21,169 nt of DNA, taken from the NCBI GenBank assembly GCA_013203595.1, contig JABMNT010000002.1, forward strand, positions 1-21,169, read 5' to 3'. The translations under genes and the position numbers were made by a program. How positions within the stretch are numbered: position 1 is the stretch's first letter; each line of letters begins with the position of its first letter. Under the pieces are notes generated by a model. The model did no database searches. It saw only the letters and a program-made list of their open reading frames with translations, and had not been told where the DNA came from. The stretch comes from Rhodospirillales bacterium (GTDB taxonomy: Bacteria; Pseudomonadota; Alphaproteobacteria; Rhodospirillales; Casp-alpha2). Of this stretch, positions 1 to 7,918 are shown piece by piece.

Positions 1-1
1 C

Positions 2-169
2 GGCCTGGCAACCGCCATTCCAGGCCGCAGCCCTTTGCTCGACGGCTTCGGGCTGATCGCTTTTGCCAGCGTGTTTCCAATTGTCGCTGTTTTCGGATAC
101 GACATGCTGACCCGTTGGCTCAGAGGCAGAAACAAAAAGACCATCAAGGAGAAGATGCATGAATCTTAA
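2..169 (+). CDS. C-terminal fragment of a membrane protein whose 5' end lies off the window; possibly the DUF1538-type membrane partner often encoded next to P-II-like genes
   Basis: Open frame from the window start to a TAA stop at 167-169. Translation is ...[55 protein letters not shown]. The hydrophobic stretch [19 protein letters not shown] is consistent with a terminal transmembrane helix. The gene overlaps the start of the next gene by 11 nt, so it is probably co-transcribed with it. The family assignment rests on only 55 residues plus gene context. Confidence 0.4.
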   Translation, partial: GLATAIPGRSPLLDGFGLIAFASVFPIVAVFGYDMLTRWLRGRNKKTIKEKMHES

Positions 170-509
170 AATGATTATGGCTTTTGTCGCCGATGACAAA
201 ACCGATACCGTTATGGAGGCCGCCCGCAAGGCGGGCTGCACGGGTGCGACCGTAATTACCAGTGTGCGCGGCGAAGGCCTCGTCCCTGAGAAAACCTTTC
301 TCGGGCTCGATTTATCGGCACAGCGTGATGTTTTGCTGTTTCTTGTTGCGGCCCCGAAAGCCCGCGAAATCCTGGAAACCATTGCAAAGGCTGGACGTTT
401 TGATGAAGATCCGGGCTCAGGCATTGCGATCCAGATTGAAATCGAGGATGCCGTTGGCTTAAAAAGTCAGGAAGAGGCCCTGATCCATGAAATAGAGGAC
501 TCCTTATGA
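159..509 (+). CDS. P-II-like (GlnB-fold) signal transduction protein, 116 aa
   Basis: The secondary-structure pattern matches the P-II fold. The elements are b1 KMIMAFV, a1 [11 protein letters not shown], b2 [12 protein letters not shown], a T-loop-like [15 protein letters not shown], b3 RDVLLFLV and a2 [15 protein letters not shown] Shine-Dalgarno AGGAG lies 7 nt upstream of ATG 159. The stop TGA 507-509 overlaps the ATG of the next gene (ATGA). Confidence 0.65.
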   Translation: MNLKMIMAFVADDKTDTVMEAARKAGCTGATVITSVRGEGLVPEKTFLGLDLSAQRDVLLFLVAAPKAREILETIAKAGRFDEDPGSGIAIQIEIEDAVGLKSQEEALIHEIEDSL

Positions 510-919
510 GCGAAAAAATACACACGACGGTTTCACAAGTGATGTCGACCGATCTCATCACCATTGATGCAACGGCAACAGTTCATGATGCCAGCGTGCT
601 CATGCATACGCATCACACCAGTTCTGTTGTCGTCAATCGGCGTAATGCGGCGGATGAATTCGGCCTTGTTGTCGTCTCCGATATCGCCAGCAAGGTTCTG
701 GCACAGAACCTCTCGCCCAAACGGGTCAATGTCTACGAAGTGATGTCAAAACCCGTTATCTCGGTACCGCAGGAAATGAATATTGTCTATGCCATGCGCA
801 TGCTGAGCCGCTTCAAACTGAGCCGTGCGCTGGTCATTGATCACGACCGCAATCCACTAGGGATTGTCACGCTGCGCGATATGGTTCTGCGCAACATCAC
901 GGATATAGAGGCCGAATAA
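506..919 (+). CDS. Stand-alone CBS-pair (Bateman domain) protein, 137 aa
   Basis: Two CBS-like units are visible: VSQVMSTDLITIDATATVHDASVLM...VVV and VYEVMSKPVISVPQEMNIVYAMRMLSRFKLSRALVIDHDRNPLGIVTLRDMV. A GAGGA Shine-Dalgarno lies about 7 nt upstream. The start overlaps the stop of the P-II-like gene by 4 nt. Confidence 0.8.
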   Translation: MSEKIHTTVSQVMSTDLITIDATATVHDASVLMHTHHTSSVVVNRRNAADEFGLVVVSDIASKVLAQNLSPKRVNVYEVMSKPVISVPQEMNIVYAMRMLSRFKLSRALVIDHDRNPLGIVTLRDMVLRNITDIEAE

Positions 920-938
920 CAGGCGTTTTCATCTGCAC

Positions 939-959
939 GGGGCAATCACCTCTTGCCCC
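939..959 (+). other. Small hairpin (7-bp stem GGGGCAA/TTGCCCC, 7-nt loop) 20 nt downstream of the CBS gene stop; no U-tract
   Basis: The sequence is ggggcaa-tcacctc-ttgcccc. The missing T-run makes a canonical intrinsic terminator doubtful. Confidence 0.25.
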
Positions 960-1084
960 CATAGGCCGTGAATGAAAAGATGCGCTCTGCTGCTCGGAAA
1001 ATGCCTTTTCCAATCGGCGTCTTGGTACACGGCCCCCGCGTATCTAACCTTACATGTTTAATTTTCAGGAGATTGACACTCACA

Positions 1085-2497
1085 ATGTCAAATTCAACAT
1101 CAGGCCTTGAGGCCATTCGCGACGTTCTTGGCACAAATGGCTACATAGACACGATGCCGGAACTCGACGCCTATCAGAATGAATGGCGGGGCCTGTGGAA
1201 AGGCCAGTGCGACCTGGTCGCCAAACCGAATTCTGTCGAGCAGGTCTCCAAGGTTCTCGCGATCTGTTATGAGCATGGAATCCCCGTTGTTCCGCAGGGG
1301 GGCAATACGGGCCTTGTCGGCGGTGGTGTTCCGAAAAGCGGGATTGTGCTCTCAACAGAACGCCTGAACAAAGTGCGTGAGATTGATCCCGTCAACTTCA
1401 CCATCTCCTGTGACTCAGGGTGTGTGCTCGCGGATATCCAGACGCAAGCCGAAAATGTTGACCGCCTGTTCCCGCTCAGTCTCGGTGCCGAAGGCAGCTG
1501 CCGCATTGGCGGGAATTTATCGACCAATGCCGGTGGTGTGCAGGTATTACGGTATGGCAACGCCCGCGATCTGGTTCTGGGCCTGGAGGCGGTTTTGCCG
1601 GATGGCCGGATTTGGGACGGCATGCGCGGCCTGCGCAAGGACAATACTGGCTATGATCTCAAACATCTGTTCATAGGCGCAGAAGGAACGCTCGGCATTA
1701 TCACCGGAGCCGTCCTGAAGCTGTTTCCCAAACCGCGCCAGAAGGAAACCTGCATTGTCGCCTTCCGCTCGGTTGAAAACTGCATTGCGTTATTTACCCG
1801 GATGAACGCCCAGGCCGGCGACGCCCTGACGGCCTATGAAGCCATGAATCAGTTGTCCGTCGAGATGCCGGTTAAACACGGACAGGGCATTCGCGATCCG
1901 TTTGAGAAGCCCTATCCCTGGTATGCCCTGATGGAGCTGACCAGCCCGCGCGACGGTACAGACCTGCGTGAGGCTCTCGAAAGCGTCCTCGGCCAGGCCT
2001 TCGAAGATGACATCGTGATTGACGGTGTGATTGCGGAAAGCGGTGCCCAACGTGACGATTTCTGGCGCATTCGCGAAATGATTCCGGAATGCCAGGCACC
2101 GGAGGGCGCCAGCATAAAGAACGACGTTTCCATCCCCATTTCCCGGGTGTCCGAATTCATAAACCGGGCCCATGAAGCCGTCGAGAAGGTCGTTCCCGGG
2201 ATCCGCTTTGTTTCCTTCGGGCATATCGGTGATGGTAATTTTCACTATAACCTGAGCCAGCCGCTGGGCGCTGACCGGGCCGCATTCCTGGCCAAATGGC
2301 ACGACATCACGGATCCGATCAATGAGATCGTGCATGCCCTCAACGGCAGCTTTTCGGCCGAACACGGCATTGGGCAATTAAAGCGCAATGAATTGCTGCG
2401 CTACCGGTCGGGCGTTGAAATCGACCTCATGAAGTCCGTAAAAGCCGCGCTGGACCCGAACGGAATCATGAATCCCGGCAAGATATTTAATTCCTAG
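1085..2497 (+). CDS. FAD-linked oxidase/dehydrogenase of the GlcD / D-lactate / D-2-hydroxyglutarate dehydrogenase type (FAD_binding_4 plus a C-terminal FAD-oxidase domain), about 470 aa
   Basis: Motifs KPNSVEQVSKVLAICYEHGIPVVPQGGNTGLVGGGVP and GAEGTLGIITGAVLKL are typical of the family, as is the tail HGIGQLKRNELLRYRSGVEIDLMKSVKAALDPNGIMNPGKIF. I chose ATG 1085 (MSNSTSG...) with AGGAG 13 nt upstream. The track ORF begins at GTG 968, but the extra 39 residues do not look like part of this family. Confidence 0.85.
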   Translation: MSNSTSGLEAIRDVLGTNGYIDTMPELDAYQNEWRGLWKGQCDLVAKPNSVEQVSKVLAICYEHGIPVVPQGGNTGLVGGGVPKSGIVLSTERLNKVREIDPVNFTISCDSGCVLADIQTQAENVDRLFPLSLGAEGSCRIGGNLSTNAGGVQVLRYGNARDLVLGLEAVLPDGRIWDGMRGLRKDNTGYDLKHLFIGAEGTLGIITGAVLKLFPKPRQKETCIVAFRSVENCIALFTRMNAQAGDALTAYEAMNQLSVEMPVKHGQGIRDPFEKPYPWYALMELTSPRDGTDLREALESVLGQAFEDDIVIDGVIAESGAQRDDFWRIREMIPECQAPEGASIKNDVSIPISRVSEFINRAHEAVEKVVPGIRFVSFGHIGDGNFHYNLSQPLGADRAAFLAKWHDITDPINEIVHALNGSFSAEHGIGQLKRNELLRYRSGVEIDLMKSVKAALDPNGIMNPGKIFNS

Positions 2498-2513
2498 AAT
2501 GCAGATTTAATTC

Positions 2514-2870
2514 CTAAGATACAGGCTGCTTTTGAAGCCGACTTTTATCGGCCTCTTTAAAGCCGACGGAAATGACACCGGCCTGGTCAAACACCGGGCG
2601 TTTGATCAGGGCCGGGTGGTCAGCCATCAGGGCCGTTGCCCGGGCTTCATCAATTTCGTCTTTCAAGGCGTCAGGCAGACTACGCCACGTCGTGCTTTGG
2701 CGATTGAGCAGTTTTTCCCAGCCGACCGCTGCAGCCCATTTGCGGATCTCCGGCAAATCGATGCCGTCTTTGCGAACGTCAACAAACGAAAAATCGATCG
2801 CCTCGCTGGTCAGCCACCGGGTTGCCTTGCGGCAGGTATCGCAATTTTTCAGGCCGTAGACCACTAACAT
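2514..2870 (-). CDS. ArsC/Spx-family thioredoxin-fold protein, YffB-like, 118 aa
   Basis: The N-terminus MLVVYGLKNCDTCRKATRWL matches the family's conserved N-terminal Cys motif as seen in YffB-type proteins. The tail PALIKRPV is also typical. ATG start at 2868-2870. Confidence 0.85.
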   Translation of the reverse strand: MLVVYGLKNCDTCRKATRWLTSEAIDFSFVDVRKDGIDLPEIRKWAAAVGWEKLLNRQSTTWRSLPDALKDEIDEARATALMADHPALIKRPVFDQAGVISVGFKEADKSRLQKQPVS

Positions 2871-2961
2871 GGTGTAAAAGTCCTTTTATCGGGATTTATC
2901 GTGCATATCTAAAGCAGTGTTTGTATCCTCCCCTAAGCCCGAAACCAATGGAAAACCGAAT

Positions 2962-3756
2962 ATGCTAGCCCTGATTTCCCCCGCCAAAAAACTTGATTTT
3001 GAATCTGAAACGACAATGACGGCACACAGCCAGCCGGAATTTCTGGACAAGGCGAACAAACTGGTCAGCACCGCCCGCAAACTCAGTCGCGCAAAACTGG
3101 CCCATTCCATGAATTTGAGCAAAAACCTGGCCGAGCTGAATTACCAGCGATTCAAAGATTTCAACACGCCGTTCGATCTGGGCAATGCCAAACAAGCGGC
3201 ACTGGTTTTCAATGGGGATACCTATGTCGGCCTGCAGGCACCGACATTTGATGAAAAGGATTTCGAATTTGCGCAAGCCCATCTGCGGATTCTGTCCGGT
3301 CTGTACGGCTTGCTGCGTCCCCTCGACCTGATCCAGCCCTACCGTCTGGAAATGGGAGCCCGGTTCAGCCCGCCACGCAAGAAGGACCTGTATGATTTTT
3401 GGGGGCCGTCCCTGTCTGATGCGATCCTCAAGGATCTGGAAACACATCAGGACAAAACGGTTATTAACCTGGCCTCCAACGAATACTTCAAGGCGATTGA
3501 TAAAAAGAAACTGAACGGACACCTGATCACTCCGGTTTTCAAGGAAGTTAAAGACGGCGAAACGCGGATAATTGGCATGTTTGCCAAACAGGCACGCGGT
3601 ATGATGGCCCGTTACATGGTTCAAAACCGTATTCAGACACCTGAAGGACTGAAGAGCTTCAATTTGGGTGGTTATAAGTACCAGAAGAATTTATCGGACG
3701 ACACGCAATGGGTATTTACCCGCAAACAGCCACCGCCTGTTGGTGCAAAAAAGTAG
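2962..3756 (+). CDS. yaaA: YaaA peroxide-stress protein (UPF0246/DUF328 family), about 264 aa
   Basis: MLALISPAKKLDF is the canonical YaaA N-terminus. FNGDTYVGL and the LSGLYGLLRPLDLIQPYRLEMG block are family signatures. I started at ATG 2962 rather than the track's GTG 2917. Confidence 0.85.
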   Translation: MLALISPAKKLDFESETTMTAHSQPEFLDKANKLVSTARKLSRAKLAHSMNLSKNLAELNYQRFKDFNTPFDLGNAKQAALVFNGDTYVGLQAPTFDEKDFEFAQAHLRILSGLYGLLRPLDLIQPYRLEMGARFSPPRKKDLYDFWGPSLSDAILKDLETHQDKTVINLASNEYFKAIDKKKLNGHLITPVFKEVKDGETRIIGMFAKQARGMMARYMVQNRIQTPEGLKSFNLGGYKYQKNLSDDTQWVFTRKQPPPVGAKK

Positions 3757-3772
3757 ACGTTGGGATAATTCA

Positions 3773-5566
3773 ATGACCGCCTATCAAGCCCCCGTAGCCG
3801 ACCTGATCTTCAATCTTCAGGAATTGGCAGGTATGCCCGACATCGCGGCCCTACCCGGCTTTGAAGAGATCACCCCGGATTTGATCGAGGCCATACTGAG
3901 CGAAGCCGGAAAGCTCGGTGCGGACGTCCTCGGTCCGCTAAATCACCGGGGCGACGTTCAGGGATGCCAGCTTGAAAATGGCGTCGTACGATCTCCCGAC
4001 GGCTATAAGGAGGCTTACCGCCAGTTTATTGACAACGGCTGGAACGGAATGCCCTTCGACCCTGAATTTGGCGGCCAGGGACTGCCGTGGCTGTTGACCG
4101 CGGCGGTGGGCGAAATTGTCCAGTCCGCCAACATGGCCTTTGGCCTGTGCCCATTGCTGACCCAGGGTGCGGTCGAGCTTCTGTCTGCCCATGGATCAGA
4201 CGAAATCAAAGCGATCTATCTGGCGCAGATGATTTCCGGTGAGTGGAACGGCACCATGAACCTGACCGAGCCCAGCGCCGGTTCCGATTTGGCAAATATC
4301 AGCACCAAAGCCGTGCGCGATCAAAATCACTACCGGATCAAGGGAACCAAAATATTCATCACTTATGGCGAAAACGATTTCACCGACAACATAGTCCATA
4401 TGGTTTTGGCACGCCTGGACGATGCTCCACCGGGAATTAAGGGAATTTCGCTGTTTCTGGTACCTAAATTCCTGGTCAATGGCGATGGCACACTGGGCCG
4501 GCGCAACGATCTGAAAGCGGTTTCGCTTGAACATAAACTGGGTATTCACGCGAGCCCGACGGCGGTCATGTCCTTTGGCGACAACGACGGCGCCATCGGC
4601 TATCTGGTTGGCGAAGAAAACCACGGCATTGAGTATATGTTCACGATGATGAATAACGCCCGCCTGTTCGTCGGCCTGCAGGGCGTTGCCATTGCCGAGC
4701 GCGCCTATCAACAGGCCCTCGCTTACGCCCGGGATCGGGTGCAAAGTCGAAAACTTGGATCTGATGCCAAGGAGTCGGTTGCCATCATTGAGCATCCGGA
4801 TGTAAAGCGCATGCTTTTACTGATGAAGTCAAAAACCGAAGCTTGCCGGGCTTTGACATTGTTCGTCATCGGCAAGCTTGATATTTCAAAATCACATCCG
4901 GATGAAGATACCCGCGCGCAGGCGTTTGCCTCCGTTGATTTGCTGACACCTGTGGTTAAGGCCTGGAGCTCTGATATCGGCATCGAAGTTGCCGGCACCG
5001 GCATTCAGATCCACGGCGGCATGGGTTATATCGAAGAATCCGGCGCCCCGCAACATTGGCGGGACGCCCGCATTGCCGCCATTTATGAAGGCACCAATGG
5101 TATTCAGGCCAATGATCTTGTTGGTCGCAAGGTCGGCCGCGACAGGGGTAAGTCGGTGAAACGGCAGATCGCGGAAATACGCAGCTTCCTGGTGGTTCTC
5201 GGGCAGGACAGCTCCGATGAATTTCAGGCTCTCCACCGCCGGCTCACCGATGCTGTTGCGGCATTGGATCAAAGCAGTGAATGGATTGTTGATACGTACC
5301 CGTCCGATCCGGCGAAAGTCGCCGCCAGTGCCGTCCCCTATCTGGACTTGCTTGGACGGACCGTTGGCGGCTGGTTGCTGTGCAAGGGCGCCTTAATCGC
5401 AAAAAAGCAGCTGGCGTCGGCAACAGGAGACCCCCGCTATTTGAACGGCAAAATCCTTTCGGCCCGTTTCTTTGCTGATCATGTATTGAATGGTGCCGAA
5501 AGTTTGTCGGAGACCGTCATATACGGCTGCATCACCGTTGCCGAAATGGATCCGCAGGCCTTTTAG
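3773..5566 (+). CDS. Large acyl-CoA dehydrogenase (FadE-like, about 597 aa) with N-terminal, middle and C-terminal ACAD domains plus a C-terminal extension
   Basis: ACAD blocks are present: GMPFDPEFGGQGLPWLL, MNLTEPSAGSDLANISTKA, GTKIFITYGE and QIHGGMGYIEESGAPQHWRDARIAAIYEGTNGIQ. ATG 3773 (MTAYQAP) lies only 16 nt after the yaaA stop. Confidence 0.85.
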   Translation: MTAYQAPVADLIFNLQELAGMPDIAALPGFEEITPDLIEAILSEAGKLGADVLGPLNHRGDVQGCQLENGVVRSPDGYKEAYRQFIDNGWNGMPFDPEFGGQGLPWLLTAAVGEIVQSANMAFGLCPLLTQGAVELLSAHGSDEIKAIYLAQMISGEWNGTMNLTEPSAGSDLANISTKAVRDQNHYRIKGTKIFITYGENDFTDNIVHMVLARLDDAPPGIKGISLFLVPKFLVNGDGTLGRRNDLKAVSLEHKLGIHASPTAVMSFGDNDGAIGYLVGEENHGIEYMFTMMNNARLFVGLQGVAIAERAYQQALAYARDRVQSRKLGSDAKESVAIIEHPDVKRMLLLMKSKTEACRALTLFVIGKLDISKSHPDEDTRAQAFASVDLLTPVVKAWSSDIGIEVAGTGIQIHGGMGYIEESGAPQHWRDARIAAIYEGTNGIQANDLVGRKVGRDRGKSVKRQIAEIRSFLVVLGQDSSDEFQALHRRLTDAVAALDQSSEWIVDTYPSDPAKVAASAVPYLDLLGRTVGGWLLCKGALIAKKQLASATGDPRYLNGKILSARFFADHVLNGAESLSETVIYGCITVAEMDPQAF

Positions 5567-5687
5567 GAAGCTTCTTCGCCCCGCATTACTGACAGGCCCG
5601 TTTTTACCTTAATAAAATCGGTTATAGCTTGATTTTCTAGAGACTTTCCAACACTCTAGCCAGATTCATAACAGATTGTGCGCAGAC

Positions 5688-6812
5688 ATGACCAGCTTCA
5701 CTCGATATGTCTTGCGTCAGCTGATTGTGGGAATGGTCTTGGTTACTGCAGGACTTACCTGCATTCTTTGGCTGACGCAGTCTTTGCGATTCGTTGAAAT
5801 GATCGTCAACCAGGGGGTATCGGCTGGAACCTTCCTCTATTTGACCATGCTCAAGCTTCCTGAATTCCTGACAATTATCTTACCCATCGCCTTGTTTTGT
5901 GTCACTTTGTTCATTTATTCCAAGTTGGTTTCTGACCGTGAACTGGTTGTTATGCGCGCAGCCGGCCTCAGCCAGGTATCCCTTGCAAAACCGGCCGTCA
6001 TCCTGGCCCTGATTGTCGTCGGGATTGGCTATTCACTGAATTTCTATCTGATGCCGAATTCCTATCGCATGTTTCGTGACTTACAATGGGAAATTCGTAA
6101 TTATTCGCACATTCTGTTAAAGGAAGGTGCCTTCACCAGCATCGCCGGAGTTACCGTTTATATACGGGAACGCACTAAAGATGGCCAGTTGCACGGAATT
6201 CTGGCCTACGACCAGCGAAACCCCGATAAGATTGAGACATGGATGGCGGCAAAAGGCGCGATGGTCGAATCCGACGACGGCCCACGCGTTGTCATGTTCA
6301 ACGGAAACCGCCAGGTCGTTGATCCAAAAACCAACCAATTTTCCATCCTGTATTTCGATCAGGGTGTCCTCGACCTGATCGATCTGGGAGCCGGAACCAA
6401 CACCCCAAAACAGCGCTACCGCGAAGCAAGAGAACGTGGATTAAGCGAACTGCTTAATATTGAGAACGAACCAAATGTGTCGAAACGGGACATCGGCAAG
6501 TTTACCATAGAAGCGCACAAGAGAATCACATCTCCGCTGACCGCATTGGGTTTCACCCTGATCGCTCTCTGCGTCCTTGTTTTGGGAAGTTTTAGCCGAC
6601 GTTCCCAATCCAAACAGATAGCGGCGGCAATTCTGATTATGATCGGCCTGGTCGCCTCCTCCTACGGTCTGGAAAATACGGCCGCCAGACGGCTGAACTT
6701 AATCCCGTTGCTGTATGTTCACGCCATTCTCCCAATATTCATCTGCACCGCATTGCTTTTCAATCCCTTTGCAATGCGGCGTATCTTTCGAAAAACTTCG
6801 GCTGCGGTTTAA
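5688..6812 (+). CDS. lptF: LPS export ABC permease LptF (YjgP/YjgQ family)
   Basis: The N-terminus MTSFTRYVLRQLIVGMVLVTAGLTCILWL resembles LptF (E. coli MIIIRYLVRETLK...). There are multiple transmembrane segments and a periplasmic beta-jellyroll-like middle. I used ATG 5688; the track ORF starts at TTG 5676. It is the first gene of the lptFG pair. Confidence 0.75.
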   Translation: MTSFTRYVLRQLIVGMVLVTAGLTCILWLTQSLRFVEMIVNQGVSAGTFLYLTMLKLPEFLTIILPIALFCVTLFIYSKLVSDRELVVMRAAGLSQVSLAKPAVILALIVVGIGYSLNFYLMPNSYRMFRDLQWEIRNYSHILLKEGAFTSIAGVTVYIRERTKDGQLHGILAYDQRNPDKIETWMAAKGAMVESDDGPRVVMFNGNRQVVDPKTNQFSILYFDQGVLDLIDLGAGTNTPKQRYREARERGLSELLNIENEPNVSKRDIGKFTIEAHKRITSPLTALGFTLIALCVLVLGSFSRRSQSKQIAAAILIMIGLVASSYGLENTAARRLNLIPLLYVHAILPIFICTALLFNPFAMRRIFRKTSAAV

Positions 6813-6817
6813 CAGAA

Positions 6818-7918
6818 ATGCGCGTATCAGGAACACTTTCAGTTTATATCGGTCGACGGTTTCTTCTCGACTTTTTGCTGTTGATGACATTGTTTATTTT
6901 TCTGATTTTCATGTTTGATACGGTCGAGTTGCTGCGCCGTGCGGCGTCAAAACCGAACATCAGCTTCGCCACCGTTGTCGGCATGTCGCTGTTAAAACTT
7001 CCGCACCTGGGCCAGGAGATATTCCCCTTTGCCGTACTGTTCGGCGGCATGGCTTCATTTTGGCGGCTGACGCGCAGCAACGAACTGGTTATTACCCGTG
7101 CCGCCGGCGTTTCGGCATGGCAGTTCATGTTTCCGGTGCTGGTTGCGGCTTTCATTTTAGGCGTCATCCAGGTCGGATTTATCAACCACTTCGCATCAGC
7201 GACATTGACTCGCTATGAATTGCTTGAAGCGCGCCATCTGAAAGGCAACGGCAGTTTGCTGGCCCTGTCAGGCTCCGGTCTTTGGTTACGCCAGTCCAAC
7301 GAAACCGGGCAGTCCGTCGTCCATGCCGGCCAGGTGACACAACAGGGCCAGGATGTTTCGCTGAGTGATGTTGTGGTCTTTATGTATTCCGGTACGGACA
7401 CATTCAGCGGAAGGGTCAATGCGCAAAAAGCCGATCTTGAAGATGGGTTTTGGCGGATGACAAATGCCTGGGTATACCAACCGGACCACAGCCCGGTTTT
7501 TCAAAAAGAACACTGGCTGGAAACGGATTTGACCTTAAATAAGATTCAGGACAGCTTTGCCCCGCCGGAAACCATGTCCTTTTGGGCTCTGCCTGGATTT
7601 ATCAAGCAATTGGAAAAAGCCGGTTTCTCTGCGATAAGGCATCGACTTCACTGGCACACACTGCTCGCAGCACCATTTTTAATGTGTGCGATGGTTCTCA
7701 TTGCGGCGACGTTTACGTTGCGTCAATCACGACGCGGGGCAACCACATTTGTGATAGCAGGTGGCGTTATGTCCGGTTTTCTTCTCTATTTCTTTTCCGA
7801 TGTTGTGTTTGCTCTCGGCTTATCTGATAGCATCCCGGTAGCTCTTGCTGCCTGGACCCCTTCAGGGGTTGCGACTTTGCTCGGGTTGGCAATGTTGCTT
7901 CATTTGGAGGACGGATGA
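6818..7918 (+). CDS. lptG: LPS export ABC permease LptG (YjgP/YjgQ family)
   Basis: MRVSGTLSVYIGRRFLLDFLLLMTLFIFLIF resembles the LptG N-terminus (E. coli ...LDRYIGKTIF...). ATG 6818 is 5 nt after the lptF stop. Its stop overlaps the lptD start as ATGA. Confidence 0.75.
   Translation: MRVSGTLSVYIGRRFLLDFLLLMTLFIFLIFMFDTVELLRRAASKPNISFATVVGMSLLKLPHLGQEIFPFAVLFGGMASFWRLTRSNELVITRAAGVSAWQFMFPVLVAAFILGVIQVGFINHFASATLTRYELLEARHLKGNGSLLALSGSGLWLRQSNETGQSVVHAGQVTQQGQDVSLSDVVVFMYSGTDTFSGRVNAQKADLEDGFWRMTNAWVYQPDHSPVFQKEHWLETDLTLNKIQDSFAPPETMSFWALPGFIKQLEKAGFSAIRHRLHWHTLLAAPFLMCAMVLIAATFTLRQSRRGATTFVIAGGVMSGFLLYFFSDVVFALGLSDSIPVALAAWTPSGVATLLGLAMLLHLEDG

Noticed and set aside
968-1084. N-terminal extension of the FAD-oxidase ORF in the track (GTG start at 968)
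   Set aside because: The extra 39 residues (MNEKMRSAARKMPFPIGVLVHGPRVSNLTCLIFRRLTLT) do not resemble the family N-terminus. ATG 1085 with an upstream AGGAG fits better.
1790-2377. 195-aa minus-strand ORF inside the FAD-oxidase gene. The same pattern occurs at 2965-3624 (-), 4196-4795 (-), 7767-8249 (-), 12922-13611 (-), 17704-18390 (+) and 19366-19707 (+).
   Set aside because: All lie entirely antisense to well-supported conserved genes in GC-rich DNA. Their translations are low-complexity and Arg/Pro/Gly-rich with no recognisable motifs. These are typical shadow ORFs.
5567-5687. Possible terminator (T-run after ctgacaggcccgttttt) and a 7-bp inverted repeat TCTAGAG-N13-CTCTAGA upstream of lptF
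   Set aside because: No stable stem precedes the T-run. The inverted repeat is short, and without conservation data it could be incidental. I mention it only as a candidate operator in the lptF promoter.
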